This document shows, one piece after another, positions 51,894-64,000 of a stretch of 64,000 bases of DNA (the first letter of the stretch is position 1; each line of letters starts with the position of its first letter). Position numbers and translations under genes: made by a program. The DNA comes from Octopus vulgaris. Lineage: Eukaryota. The stretch is taken from the NCBI GenBank assembly GCA_951406725.2, contig OX597824.1:64294001-64358000 (forward strand). The letters run 5' to 3'. The notes beneath the pieces were generated by a model. That model was given only the letters and a program-made list of their open reading frames with translations. It did not search any database and was not told where the DNA came from.

Positions 51894-52792
51894 CACAAGG
51901 TATGTGTTTTGCTACTTCATGGCTAAGCTGCACTTATAGGCATAAGAGAATAAATTCTCATCGATAAGCCTGGTGTTAAAACACAGAGAAGTCATTGATA
52001 AGTGAGACAACTTGCATCTGGTCCCATTCAGGAGCAATACACTTCGATGTTTCATCATTATTATGACTTGTTGATACTGTGTATCCGAAACAAGGTTCAA
52101 TGCAATTTTAATTGCTGTCTATGAGTATACACAAAATAGTGTACGAACCATCTGCTGGTATGTCCCAACATTTCATACCGAGGAAAAAATTCAAGTATGG
52201 ATTAATAGCAGCTCAAAGAATAGAAACAATATTGAACGATATACGCAAGGTATGTGTTTTGGTAGTTTATGGGTTGGTTACACTTGTAGGCATAAGAGAA
52301 TATATTCTCGTTGTTGCACCTGGTGTTAATATCATAGCAAAATTTCCTGAATGGGACTGCATGCAAGTTATCACACCTGATTATGACTTTCATTTGTTTT
52401 AACACCAGGCACATTGACAAGAATATATTCTCTTATACCTATAAGTGCAGCCTACCCATGAACTGTTTAAATCCCTTGAACTGCTTTTAATTCATATTTG
52501 GATTTTTTTCTGTGATAAGAAATGTTGGAACATACCAGCAGGTGGTTCTTACACCATTTTGCATATACTGTGATTAAACTTGCATTGGGTCTCATTTCAG
52601 GTACATCATATTGACAAGTCACAAAAATTATGAAACATCGATGTCTATCACTCACTGAATAGGACCAGATGCAAGTTATCTCACTTATCTATGACTTCTC
52701 AGTGTTTTAACACCAGGCTTATTGGTGAGAATTTATTCTCTTATGCCTATAAGCGCAACCTAACTATGAAGTAGTAAAACACATACCTTGTG
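51894..52792. mobile_element. TA-flanked foldback element with long inverted arms and an internal duplicate of the terminus
   Basis: ta-cacaaggtatgtgtttt ... aaaacacataccttgtg-ta; a second terminus copy lies at ~52242. Confidence 0.7.
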
Positions 52793-53017
52793 TATTTATT
52801 CTGCCATTTTTCAAACTGATAAAATCAAAGCTATTTGTTAACTGCATTTGAAGCAGTTGACATTTGAATGAGAATGCTTATTTAGAGAAAGATAGAGAGG
52901 AAACACAGAGAGAAAAACACAGGTGACATAACCAACATTACAACAAACATTACGCACATCAAAATTACATAAACCTGACTGTAGTGATTTATGATGTGTC
53001 CAGTGGTTTATCTTAAA

Positions 53018-53415
53018 CTAGCAGTATTGCCCAGCGTTGCTCGGGTTTGTAAGGGAAATAACTATATAAACATTTTTAGAGAGTTATAGCCAAAAAATAG
53101 CAAAAAAATGCATTAAAAATGGAAAAAAAATTATGGTAAATTTTTTTTTAAATCGTTGACTCATCGTAGACATTTTTAGAGAGTTACTTCCCTTATATAA
53201 TAGCGAAAAAATGCATTAAAATGGAAAAAAATAATGGTAAATTTTTTTTTAAATCGTAGACTCATCGTAGATGCACGCTAATACCCAGAAGGGCTCGATA
53301 TGAATCACGACTATAAGATACCCGGTTTTGGTTAAACTGCACCGTAAAATGTGGGAGTAGTTAGGAATCTAAATCGTTGGAGACAGACACACAACTTCTC
53401 TTTTATATATAAAGA
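53018..53415 (-). mobile_element. non-autonomous Helitron (family A)
   Basis: Minus strand A|TC...CTAG|T. Confidence 0.85.
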
Positions 53416-53976
53416 TTTCTGCTAAGATGTATTTTTTAAATAGTTAAGAAAACATCTTGTTCCTAGATCTTACACAATCATCAGAGGCTCTTATGTTTTT
53501 TAAAAGGTACAGTTTTTCCAGAGAACATATCAAACATCTTTTTGTCACCTTAATATTGAGTTTAATCATGGAATCAATTTTCCATTTAATGTTGTTGGTG
53601 TGTGTGAGAGAGAGAGATTATGTGTGATTGTGTATGCAACTATTAATATATTTGCTAATATTTTTTGTGTGTATTCTTTCCATTAACTGTTGTCTAACTT
53701 GTGTGTGTGTATATGTGTATGTAGAAATATGTTTATACATATGTATACACTTGTACAGAAACACACAGAGACAGGTATTTACACAATTATATATATTTTT
53801 TAAATCTTTTATTCTTTTACTTATTTCATGGACTTATTCCGTGTAGGCTTAGTCCTTATTCTATTGGTCTCTTTTGCCAAACCACTAAGTTACAGCAATA
53901 TAAACACACCAACATCAATTGTCAAACGATGGTGAGGGGACAAACACATAAGCAAAGACACACACACATAAATATA

Positions 53977-54022
<46 letters not shown>

Positions 54023-54188
54023 GCTTCTTTCAGTTTCCAACTACCAAATCCACTCACAAGGCTTTGGTCAACTCAAGGCTATAGTTGAAGACACTTGCTC
54101 AAGGTACCATGCAGTGGGACTGAACCTGAACCAAGCTTTTAACTACACACCCACACCTGTATCTATATACCACACAGCCACTCCTGTG

Positions 54189-54230
<42 letters not shown>

Positions 54231-54231
<1 letters not shown>

Positions 54232-54430
54232 CATAATTAAATCTCAGAATGAGATTGAAACAGTAATCGCTCGATAATGTAAAGTATAGAAGCCATCTTA
54301 TCATGGCTAACAACATTGGAGCTACAGTAACAACCCCCTCCCCAATGTGGTTAGCCATGATAAGATGGCTTCTATACTTTACATTATCGAGCGATTACTG
54401 TTTCAATCTCATTCTGAGATTTAATTATGC
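54231..54430. repeat. ~90-bp near-perfect inverted repeat built on a Helitron-internal motif
   Basis: gcataattaaatctcag... / ...ctgagatttaattatgc. The core is shared with 6000-6085 and repeated at ~54676-54742. Confidence 0.85.
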
Positions 54431-54529
54431 TTACTGTTCGTTTTTCGACATCAGTGGCAGACGCCATTAGAAAAACTTATATCTATTTGCAAAGGAGCCT
54501 TCACGTTCATCGCTGCCTGGTGGTTACCA

Positions 54530-54568
54530 CCCGTTGACGAGGGACAACCATCCCGAAACTAGTTCGAG
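54530..54568 (+). ncRNA. minimal hammerhead motif, U3 variant
   Basis: cccg TTGACGA ggga-caacca-tccc GAAAC tag TT cgag. Confidence 0.55.
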
Positions 54569-54835
54569 CGTATCACTCAGGCTTGCGAGGAAGGGATGGC
54601 CTTCCTTTGCAAATACTCCAAAGACACAGACATTGTGTTTAGAGCCAGCTAGAGACGAAGATCTCTTGGGGCTATAAAGCTACAGTAACAACCCCCCTCC
54701 CCAATGTGGTTAGCCATGATAAGATGGCTTCTATACTTTACATATATATATATATAAATGAGAAAAAAGAAGAAAATGGAGAAACTGACATCAGTTTATT
54801 CAAAGATATTTCAATTAATATAAAATGAAATTTTT

Positions 54836-54940
54836 ATTCCTACAGCCATTTCCATACCCAATTAGTTCAATTAGAGAAATTAAAGTAATCTAAAATCTTC
54901 AAATTGAAACTGGTTGATTGGGTATTTCATCAGGGGAGAA
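54836..54940 (-). ncRNA. hammerhead motif with long stem II
   Basis: tccc CTGATGA a atacccaat..attgggtat g GAAA tggct GTA gga. Confidence 0.55.
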
Positions 54941-55429
54941 TTTCCAGAAAGGATTTACATTCAAACATGTTGGTCGACCTTTGACAGACTCAGATGTGCA
55001 TATTTTGGTAATGCATGTATTTAAAAAAAAAACGTTAGAGTATATTTATAGACTTATAAACAAATATGTATGATATAATTGTGTGTGTGTGTGTGTTTGT
55101 TATACATATATTTGTTATTGATGGTGGTGTTACAGTTAGGATGAGCTATGTGTTAGAGAGAGAGATTGAAATAAATCAGAGAACAAGAATGCAAACATTC
55201 CTTAAAGGATTATAGTTCCTTGGCTTGATTATATAAGCATAAATATTTCGATATATATATATATATATATATATATGCCCATACACACATTGTAAATTAA
55301 TACACGTATCTGTTAGATTTACACAAGTTGCTATTGACAGGTAATAGGAGCCACGCCTCACATATTATAAGGAAATTTAAATTAGGTGTAGCTACATAAT
55401 ACATAGCCACAATGATAAAATATTTCCAT

Positions 55430-55441
55430 TGATAACACTGG

Positions 55442-55473
<32 letters not shown>

Positions 55474-56060
55474 ACGGCAATGATGACATCATTGTCATTA
55501 CAATGATATGATCGTGGTCAACATCATTATCATCATGACATTGCCATCATCATCTTCTTCATTACTGTACGAATGTAGAAATCCTCCTACTTATCAAATA
55601 GCTAAAAACTTCATCATCATCATCATCATCATCATTGTCATCATTATCATCATCATCATCCTTTCCTATATGATGACTGCCATCATCACCACAACCACCA
55701 TCACCACATCCAGATGACAAACACCACAACGATCACCAAAACAATGACCACCACTGCCTCCAAAACCACCACCACTGCTACTGCTGCCATCACCACTGCC
55801 ACCACTGCTGACATCACCACTCCTGCCACCACCACTGCCACCATTACCATGACCATATCGACAAGCTATGCCACTACCACCACCACCACCATCACCACTC
55901 CCACCTCCACAGCCAGCAAAATGAATACTATTGTCATTGTTGTCTTCATTGTCGTCACTGGTTATTGGTGTCAATGTTGCTGTCGTCAACATAACCAACA
56001 GGTCTTTGTCAAATACCTCATTCCCTTCTTCCTTATTGCACTTGCCGTCATCGCCATGGT
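55430..56060. repeat. low-complexity (GAT/CAT/ACC)n region
   Basis: Directly visible. Confidence 0.85.
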
Positions 56061-56292
56061 GTCAAATTGTATCATCCGTGAAAGAATACTAGTTTAGAAT
56101 ACACATTACATATGTGGGATTGTATAACGCAACACACACAAACACACATATGTATGTATGTATACATTTATGCATATATATATATGTATATAAAACCATA
56201 TGAATAAGAATTGAGAATATCACACATTCTTTTGAAGATTACATCATACATGCTCAATGATTACTTCCATGGTGTAAACATTTATAGATATA

Positions 56293-56328
<36 letters not shown>

Positions 56329-56748
56329 TGTATGTATGTATGTATGTATGTATGTATGTATGTATGTATATGTGTGTGTGTGTATATATATATACATGCA
56401 TAAATTTATATAAATAAGGATAAGATCGATATTTAAATACCTATCTCATCAGGTGGCCAGCATGGGAATAAAAACCTTCAAAGGTAATTATTTAAAATGA
56501 TATGCTATGACATATACATACATACATATATACATACATATGTTTATATATATATATATGCATATATTACGTACATATGCATATAAATAGATACTAAATC
56601 AAGGTTAAACTAGAGCAAAACAACACATACATGCCATACACACACTAGTTAATCCAAACATGAAAACACAATGAGAAAACACAACAACGCGAGGACGTGG
56701 AACAAATATAGTATTATTGGACGCTCAGGAGGGAAGGGAAGAAGGAGG

Positions 56749-56783
56749 GTTTAACGTTTCAAGCAGAGCTCTTCGTCAGAAAC
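56749..56783 (-). ncRNA. minimal hammerhead motif in a ~200-bp pLTR-like repeat (56645-56860)
   Basis: gttt CTGACGA a gagc-tct-gctt GAAAC GTT aaac. Confidence 0.65.
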
Positions 56784-57018
56784 ATAGGAAAAAGAAAGTT
56801 CCAGAGAAAGGATGAAGGAGGAAAAAAAATCATCAACAGTACACACACGGTCACATCTTAAAATATATATATATATGTATGTATGTATGTATGTAAGTAT
56901 GTATGTATGTATGTATGTATGTATGTATGTATTTATATAGATTCATATAAAATATATATATGTATATATTATATATATATATGAATATATATATATGTAT
57001 GTGTATGTATGTATATCA

Positions 57019-57286
<268 letters not shown>

Positions 57287-57289
57287 CTA

Positions 57290-59292
57290 TGAGGCTCTGA
57301 AAGCAGTGTATGGCCCCACCTACCTGGTCCAGAGTCCCCTACGCAGTTCAGATGGAGAGGACCTCCTCACCGATAACACCTCCATCCTCACTCACTGGTC
57401 CGAGCACTTCCAAAGCTTCTTCAGTGCTAACTGTACCATACAGGACGCTGCCATCCTTCGCATTCCTCAACTTCCACTCAAAGAGGAGCTCAACAAACCA
57501 CCCACCCTCAAAGAAACGATTGAAGCCATAGGACAACTCAAGAGTCGCAAAGCAGCAGTAGTGGACGGCATTCCACCAGAAATCTGGAAGAATGGAGGTC
57601 CAATGCTCCATGACAAGCTCCATGATTTTCTTGTCTGCTGCTGGGACCAGAGCAAGCTGCCACAGGATCTTCGCGACGCCGTCATCATAACACTGTACAA
57701 GAACAAGGGTGAAAAGTCTGACTGCTCCAACTACCATGGAATCACCCTACTCTCCATCACTGGCAAAGTACTTGCCAGGATCCTGCTCAATAGGCTAGTA
57801 CCAACCATTGCTGAAGAAAACCTCCCCAAGAGCCAGTGTGGCTTCAGAGCCAACAGAGGCACAACGGATATGGTGTTCGTCATCCGCCAACTCCAGGAGA
57901 AGTGCCGAGAACAAAACAGGGGACTCTATGCTACTTTCGTCGACCTTACAAAAGCATTTGACACAGTGAGCAGGACAGGACTATGGCTCATCCTGGAACA
58001 ACTTGGCTGTCCCACCAAGTTTCTACAGATGGTGATCCAGCTGCATGAGAATCAGCCTGGTCAGATCAGACTCAATGCTGACCTGTCGGAGCCCTTCCCC
58101 ATTTCGAACAGCGTGAAGCAGGGTTGCGTCCTGGCACCGACTCTCTTCAGCATCTTCTTCAGCATGATGATCAAGCATGCAACTGAAGATATGGAGGATG
58201 AGGATGGGGTGTATGTCAGGTATCGTCAGGATGGCAGTCTCTTCAATCTACGGCGCCTCCAAGCTCACACCAAGACCCAGGGGAGGTTGATTCGAGACCT
58301 TCTCTTCGCAGACGACGCTTGTCACCCACACAGAGTGATCTCTGCAGCGCATCACGTCCTGCTTTGCAGATGCCTCGCAGCTCTTTGGCCTGGAGGTCAG
58401 CCTCAAGAAGGCGGAGGTGTTTCACCAACCTACACCCCAAGAAGAATACCGCCCACCCCACATCACTATCTGCGGTACCGAACTGAAATCAATACAGCAG
58501 TTTACATACCTGGGCTGCATCATCTCATCCGATGCAAGGATCGACAAGGAAATTAACAATAGACTTTCTAAGGCAAATAGCTCCTTTGGCAGATTGTACA
58601 AACGTGTTTGGCACAATGGTGGCCTGAGGAACAAAACAAAGACCAGTGTTTACAGAGCCGTGGTTCTCACCACTCTTCTCTACGGCTCAGAAACCTGGAT
58701 CACTTACCACAGTCACATCCGTCTCCTCGAAAGCTTCCACCAGCGATGTCTCCGCACCATCCTCAACATACATGGGTGTGACTTCGTTACAAACATTGAA
58801 GTCTTGGAGCGGGCCGAGATCCCCAGCATTGAAGCCACGCTACTGAAGTACCACCTCCGATGGGCAGGCCATGTCTCCAGAATGGAGAACCATCGCCTTC
58901 CTAAGATTGCCCTGTTTGGCTAACTTTCCACCGGCCACTGTGTGAGAGGAGCTCCGAGGAAGCGCTACAAAGACTGCCTCAAGAAGTCTCTAACGGCATG
59001 TCATATTAACCACCAATGCTGGTCAAACCTGGCAGCGGACCGTGATGTCTGGCGCCACACGATCTTCAACGCAGTCAGCAAGTTTGAGGAACAAAGAAGA
59101 GATGCACTTAAAGACAAGAGATGCAGGAGGAAGGCGCAAGCCGCCTCTGACACCACACCGGATGTTACCTTCGTCTGTGGACACTGCTCACAGACCTGCC
59201 TTTCCTATATCGGACTTGTCAGTCATGAGCGTGCATGCACGCGACATGGACAGCCTTCCTGATCTTCGTTCGCGAAGCCAAGCCATGATGAT
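57290..59292 (+). mobile_element. RTE-BovB-type LINE, 5'-truncated, few lesions
   Basis: [58 protein letters not shown]-terminal C2H-C finger; tail gcgaagccaagcc(atg)n. Confidence 0.95.
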
Positions 59293-59436
59293 GTATGTAT
59301 GTATGTATGTATGTATGCATGTATGCATGTATGTATGTATGTATGTATGTATGTATGTATGTATGTATGTGTATGTATGTTTGTATGCATATCTATCTAT
59401 CTATATATATGTGTGTGCATGTGTGTGTGTGTATAA

Positions 59437-59822
59437 AGGCGCAAGAGTGGCTGTGTGATAAGTAGCTTGCTTATCAACTACATGGTTACGTGGCCCCTTG
59501 GGCAAGTGTCTTCTACTATAGCGTCAGGCCGACTTAACCTTGTGAGTGGATTTGGTAGACGGAAACTGAAAGAAGCCCGTCGTATATATGTATATATATA
59601 TGTATGTGTGTGCATATGTTTGTGTGTCTGTGTTTGTCCCCTCAACATCGCTTGACAACTGATGCTGGTGTGTTTACGTCCCTGTCACTTAGTGGTTCGG
59701 CCAAACAGACTGATAGAATAAGTACTAGGCTTACAAAGAATAAGTCCTGGGGTCGATTTGCTCGACTAAAGGTGGTGCTCCTCCATGGCCGCAGTCAAAT
59801 GACTGAAACAAGTAAAAGAGAA
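59437..59822 (+). mobile_element. tRNA-derived octopod SINE
   Basis: Near full-length copy. Confidence 0.85.
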
Positions 59823-60391
59823 TATATATATATATATATATACAAATTGAGATAGGGGTTTTAAATGCAACTCGGACGTAAATATGTGCACCTGTGGATC
59901 TTAATGTAGTGTAAACAGAATGCTTGTACTTCATATTTCGTATGTATATGCGGATATTTAACATTTTGCATGGTATTGTAGTACTATTGTGACTATATTG
60001 ATAATAATGGAATCTATGTATTGTTTTTCTAGTATTAGCGTCATTAATAATAATATGAAGGATGATATTGATTGCATTAGTGGTAATGACAAAGGTAATG
60101 ATGCTAACATTAATGACATTTTGGAAATCAGTAGGAATTAATATAATGTACTCTTGACTCTGTATATCTGCATTTAGGTATTAATATGTGTATGTTTTTC
60201 TACATTGTAATTATCACAATATTAAGTTGAAAAACTGTAACATTGAATGTGGAACATATGTATGTTTATTAATTTATATTATTTATATCATTATGTATAT
60301 GTATATTTATATGTATAGGAGTATGAGTATATGCACTCATATGTATATGTATATGTTTTATTATGGGTATGTACCCACACCTGTATAAGTA

Positions 60392-60518
60392 ATCTCTGAA
60401 GAGGCCTTAGGATATTTTTGTAAATGTCTCATTTATAACTACATATTGACCTACCATAAATGGCTAATATAAGTAAAATGAGACATACTTATCTGCATGG
60501 CCGAAACAGCTGTAAGAT
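60392..60518 (+). ncRNA. type I hammerhead motif with intact core and ~100-nt stem II
   Basis: atct CTGAAGA ggcc..atgtctcattt..aaatgagacat..ggcc GAAAC agct GTA agat. Confidence 0.75.
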
Positions 60519-60776
60519 GTAGTCTATATTTATATTTATATGTACTTATATTTACATTCTCTTATACATATTCTACTTATTGTATAACATTACTCTTTTA
60601 TGTACACTCCTTTATGTACACTGTTTTGTTCTACATTATTATGTTTAACCTTATAGTTTCTTATGTGGTGGTTTAATAAAGTATGTGATTGAGTATTATC
60701 TGGTAATTGATATTTGATTTCGATGTATTTCTCCATTTTCTTATTTTGTATATATATATATATATATATATATATA

Positions 60777-61173
60777 CTAGCAGTATCGCCCGGCGTTGCT
60801 CGGGTTTGTAAGGGAAATAACTATATAAGCATTTTTAGAGAGTTATAGCCAAAAAATAGTCAAAAAAGGAATTAAAAATGGAAAAAAAATTAGGGTAAAT
60901 TTTTTTTAAATCGTTGACTCATCGTAGACATTTTTAGAGAGTTACTTCCCTTATATAATAGCGAAAAAATGCATTAAAATGGAAAAAAATGATGGTAAAA
61001 TTTTTTTTTAGTCGTAGACTCATCGTAGATGCGTGCTAATACCTAGAAGGGCTCAATATGAATCACGACTATAAGATACCCAGTTTTGGTTAAACTGCAC
61101 CACAAAATGTGGGAGTAGTTAGGAATCTAAATCGTAGGAGACAGACACACAACTTGACTTTTATATATAAAGA
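60777..61173 (-). mobile_element. non-autonomous Helitron (family A)
   Basis: Minus strand A|TC...CTAG|T. Confidence 0.85.
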
Positions 61174-61328
61174 TATATATATGGGTGAGTTGACAAATGA
61201 AAGCAAGTGACACTCAGCACATTTGATAGCAGTTACATATTTTGTAACATGCCATTTAAAGTTTTGTAGGCTCGTTATACAAGCATACATACATGGTGCC
61301 AAATCAAGCTATTATTAGTTAATATATG

Positions 61329-61369
<41 letters not shown>

Positions 61370-62070
61370 CTAGCAGTTAAGCCCGGTTTCACCCGGTCTG
61401 TTTGGATGATGTGGCTTTGATCGTTTTCGGTTAGGCATAATCTATAACAGCATTTCTCAACCTTATCATTTCGGGTCTCCTATTTCAATTGGAGCCTCCA
61501 ACTTTATGAAAATTTTCTGCCCCCCGCCCACCCACTTGACAGAAAACTGCTTCAGGAGTTGTGAAGAACGAATTTGTACGTAGTCTGTTTCTGAGAGCTA
61601 TTCTATTGGACCTCTGTCTAATCATTAAAACATTGATTTAATTATGAACATAGAAATCCCTATTTTTGTAAGCAGTTTTATCCATAAAAAATTTTATTTG
61701 CAGAGAGTAGAAATTGAAAGAAGATGTATTAAATGAACGTATGTGTGTGCGTGTGTGTGCTTGCGCATGTGTATGTGAGAGAGAAAGAGGGTGGGAAAGA
61801 GAGATAGAGTGAAGGTGTGTGTCATGATGATTGACGTATTTTAAGGTACGCACACATACATAGAACATGTCATCATACAAAAATTTTTACGATAGTTTAT
61901 TTATGGAAAAGATTATGTTAAATTTTTGTAATGCAAATATGTGAATGAAAATTAAATTCAGACCTCTACATGGTAGCTAGACCTGGTAGAAATAGCAGCC
62001 AAATCTCCCTCAAAACACCCTACTGTCTTAATCCAACAATTCTGCCTATTATGTAGCTTGAATCAGAAGC
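61370..62070 (-). mobile_element. Helitron 3' end of another family (5' boundary uncertain)
   Basis: Minus strand ccgggtgaaaccggg hairpin, then ttaactgCTAG|T. Confidence 0.55.
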
Positions 62071-62673
62071 TGTAACTAAAGATTAAGATTATTAACCCCC
62101 AAAAAAGGCGAAAGAAGAGAGGCAGCATAGCGAGTTTTGGCTGACTGTCAACCTGTACTCCCCTTGCTGCGAGTGAAATAGTAAATGCCGGCTGTGTGAG
62201 CAACTGGTTGTTTTAATGGTGGACATGTAATAACGTACGTATTTCATATATTTATATATGTGATCTTATATGTGTATTTATGTTAATATACACTTTTGTA
62301 TACACATGTATACGTAATTTTATTTTGTGTACATTCGTTACACATAATCAACCACCTATCTTTCTTTCTTTCCTTTCCTTTCCTTACAGAATTAATGTAT
62401 TAATTACGGAATTAATGTATCAGTTATATTAATTGAATTATATGTCATATATAATTATTTGCAATATGTATTTGGAATCTGCTCTTAGATTTAAGGTTTT
62501 CCTCGATTTTTATAATAGGATGAATTTATATTGAATTCATTTATTTTGTTTATTTTGTTCATTGCTTGCTTAAGACCGTTAATTGAATGGACCAACGAAA
62601 CAAATCCATTTCTAAAGGTGTATCCTTTAGCTAGTTTTGATGATATCATTATTTCTGTTCTATTTAAACAAAA

Positions 62674-62856
62674 CTGTCCAACGAATGGGAACGTGAAACT
62701 CTGAGTAACAGCTTTTGCTATATTTCTGCTGCTTTTAAATAAATTATATATATACAGGCATTTTTCATAGTTTTTTTTTCTGATGGCCAGATAACTGAAG
62801 AGATGGCAGCATAGATTTCCACCTCAGTATCCGAAACTCAGAGTTTTATCATGGCT
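62674..62856 (+). ncRNA. two tandem hammerhead motifs (62674-62711 decayed; 62785-62856 core intact)
   Basis: ctgt CCAACGA..GAAAC tctga GTA acag; gataa CTGAAGA..GAAAC tcaga GTT ttatc. Confidence 0.6.
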
Positions 62857-62885
62857 ACCGAATAATTGTCACATATTACATTTAC

Positions 62886-62944
<59 letters not shown>

Positions 62945-62984
62945 CATATATATACATATCTATATATGTATGTATATATGTACA

Positions 62985-64000
62985 GGAAACCCACCTCTCA
63001 CCTAGTCACCTACCGTTCTGGCAGACACACTAGCCAGATTGACTACATCCTTGCCAGAAAAAGGGAAAGAGGGCTGCTTATAAATGCCAAAACCTTTCCA
63101 GGCGAAGAATGTACTCCTCAACATAGATTAGTAGTTAGCGACTTCAGGATCAGAGCTAAATGGTTGCCCAGAAGAAGACCAGCTTGGAGGAGAAGGGTCT
63201 GGAAGCTTAAAGATCCTGCAAATGGACAGAGATTTAGAGACATACTACTTGAAGCCTTTGACGAAATAGAAGGGGATATAGCTTCACTTAATGTGGAAGA
63301 CAACTGGAGATTTCTACGGGACAATCTGCTGACAGCCACTGACCAGATCTGTGGATGGAGCAAAGTACCATCTCGACCCAGAGTAACATGGTGGTGGAAC
63401 ACTGTGGTTGACGAGGCTATTAGACAAAAGAGACAGGCTTGGAAGGACTGGAAGAACGGTGGTAGCAGGGAATTGTATCAGACAACCAGAAGGGAAGCTA
63501 GGAGACAGGTTTATTTAGCCAGAGGGGAAGTGGATAAGAAAAAATTTGCCAATGTTCTGAGCCGTGAGGATGAAAGACTTGAGGTATTTCGTGTTGCAAG
63601 ACAGTGTGTGAGAGAGAATCGTGATGTGGTAGGAGAGAAGTGTGTTCGCATGGATGATGGTTCACTTGCGCTAAATGAGGATGCAAAGAGAGAGGTTTGG
63701 AGATGCCACTATGAAAGGTTGCTGAATAAAGAAAATGAATGGGATAAAGAGAGTCTGCCGAATGTCAACCCAACAGAGGGACCGGCCATCCGAGTTGAAA
63801 ATTCTTTGGTAGTTAAAGCAATTAGAAGCATGAAGACAGGGAAAGCCCCAGGCCCATCAGGAATTACTGCAGAGATACTCAAAATATCTGGCAGTGTCGG
63901 CTATAACCTAGTCACCCATATAGTCAACCAGGTGATACACGAAGGAGTCATACCCAATGACTGGTGTAGCAGCATACTAGTCAACTGCTACAACGGTAAA
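62985..64000 (+). mobile_element. RTE-clade LINE (EN end, linker, RT start), runs off the window
   Basis: QIDYIL, QHRLVV, WWWN, GKAPGPSGITAE; a relative of 21761-24600. Confidence 0.92.

Noticed and set aside
55714-56097. Thr-rich mucin-like ORF with a hydrophobic end
   Set aside because: Product of ACC/CAT low-complexity sequence; no splice or homology support.

Overview
Eukaryotic, AT-rich, microsatellite-saturated DNA. The SINE/RTE/Penelope content strongly suggests an octopod cephalopod (Octopus-like) intron or intergenic region; the taxon is an inference. No host protein-coding gene could be supported. The window is a mosaic of mobile elements: a young 5'-truncated Penelope-like element (RT + GIY-YIG) and a decayed second one; Tx1/L1-, RTE-, CR1- and R4/Dong-type LINE fragments; Tc1/mariner remnants; hAT, piggyBac and pogo MITEs; non-autonomous Helitrons; and many tRNA-type SINEs. 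Two things stand out. (1) A CR1-type LINE fragment at 25965-26716 whose 3' ~560 nt carry massive, strand-specific T>C change (A>G on the antisense strand) with an ADAR-like neighbour bias. It looks like a hyper-edited nucleic acid fixed into the genome. (2) About 20 intact, decayed or partial minimal type I hammerhead ribozyme motifs from several distinct families. They include a G3:C8 core-swap variant, a U3 variant, long-stem-II forms and head-to-head inverted pairs. There are also recurrent composite Helitrons and a ~650-bp inverted duplication around a Penelope fragment. All coordinates were read by eye and may be off by a few bases.
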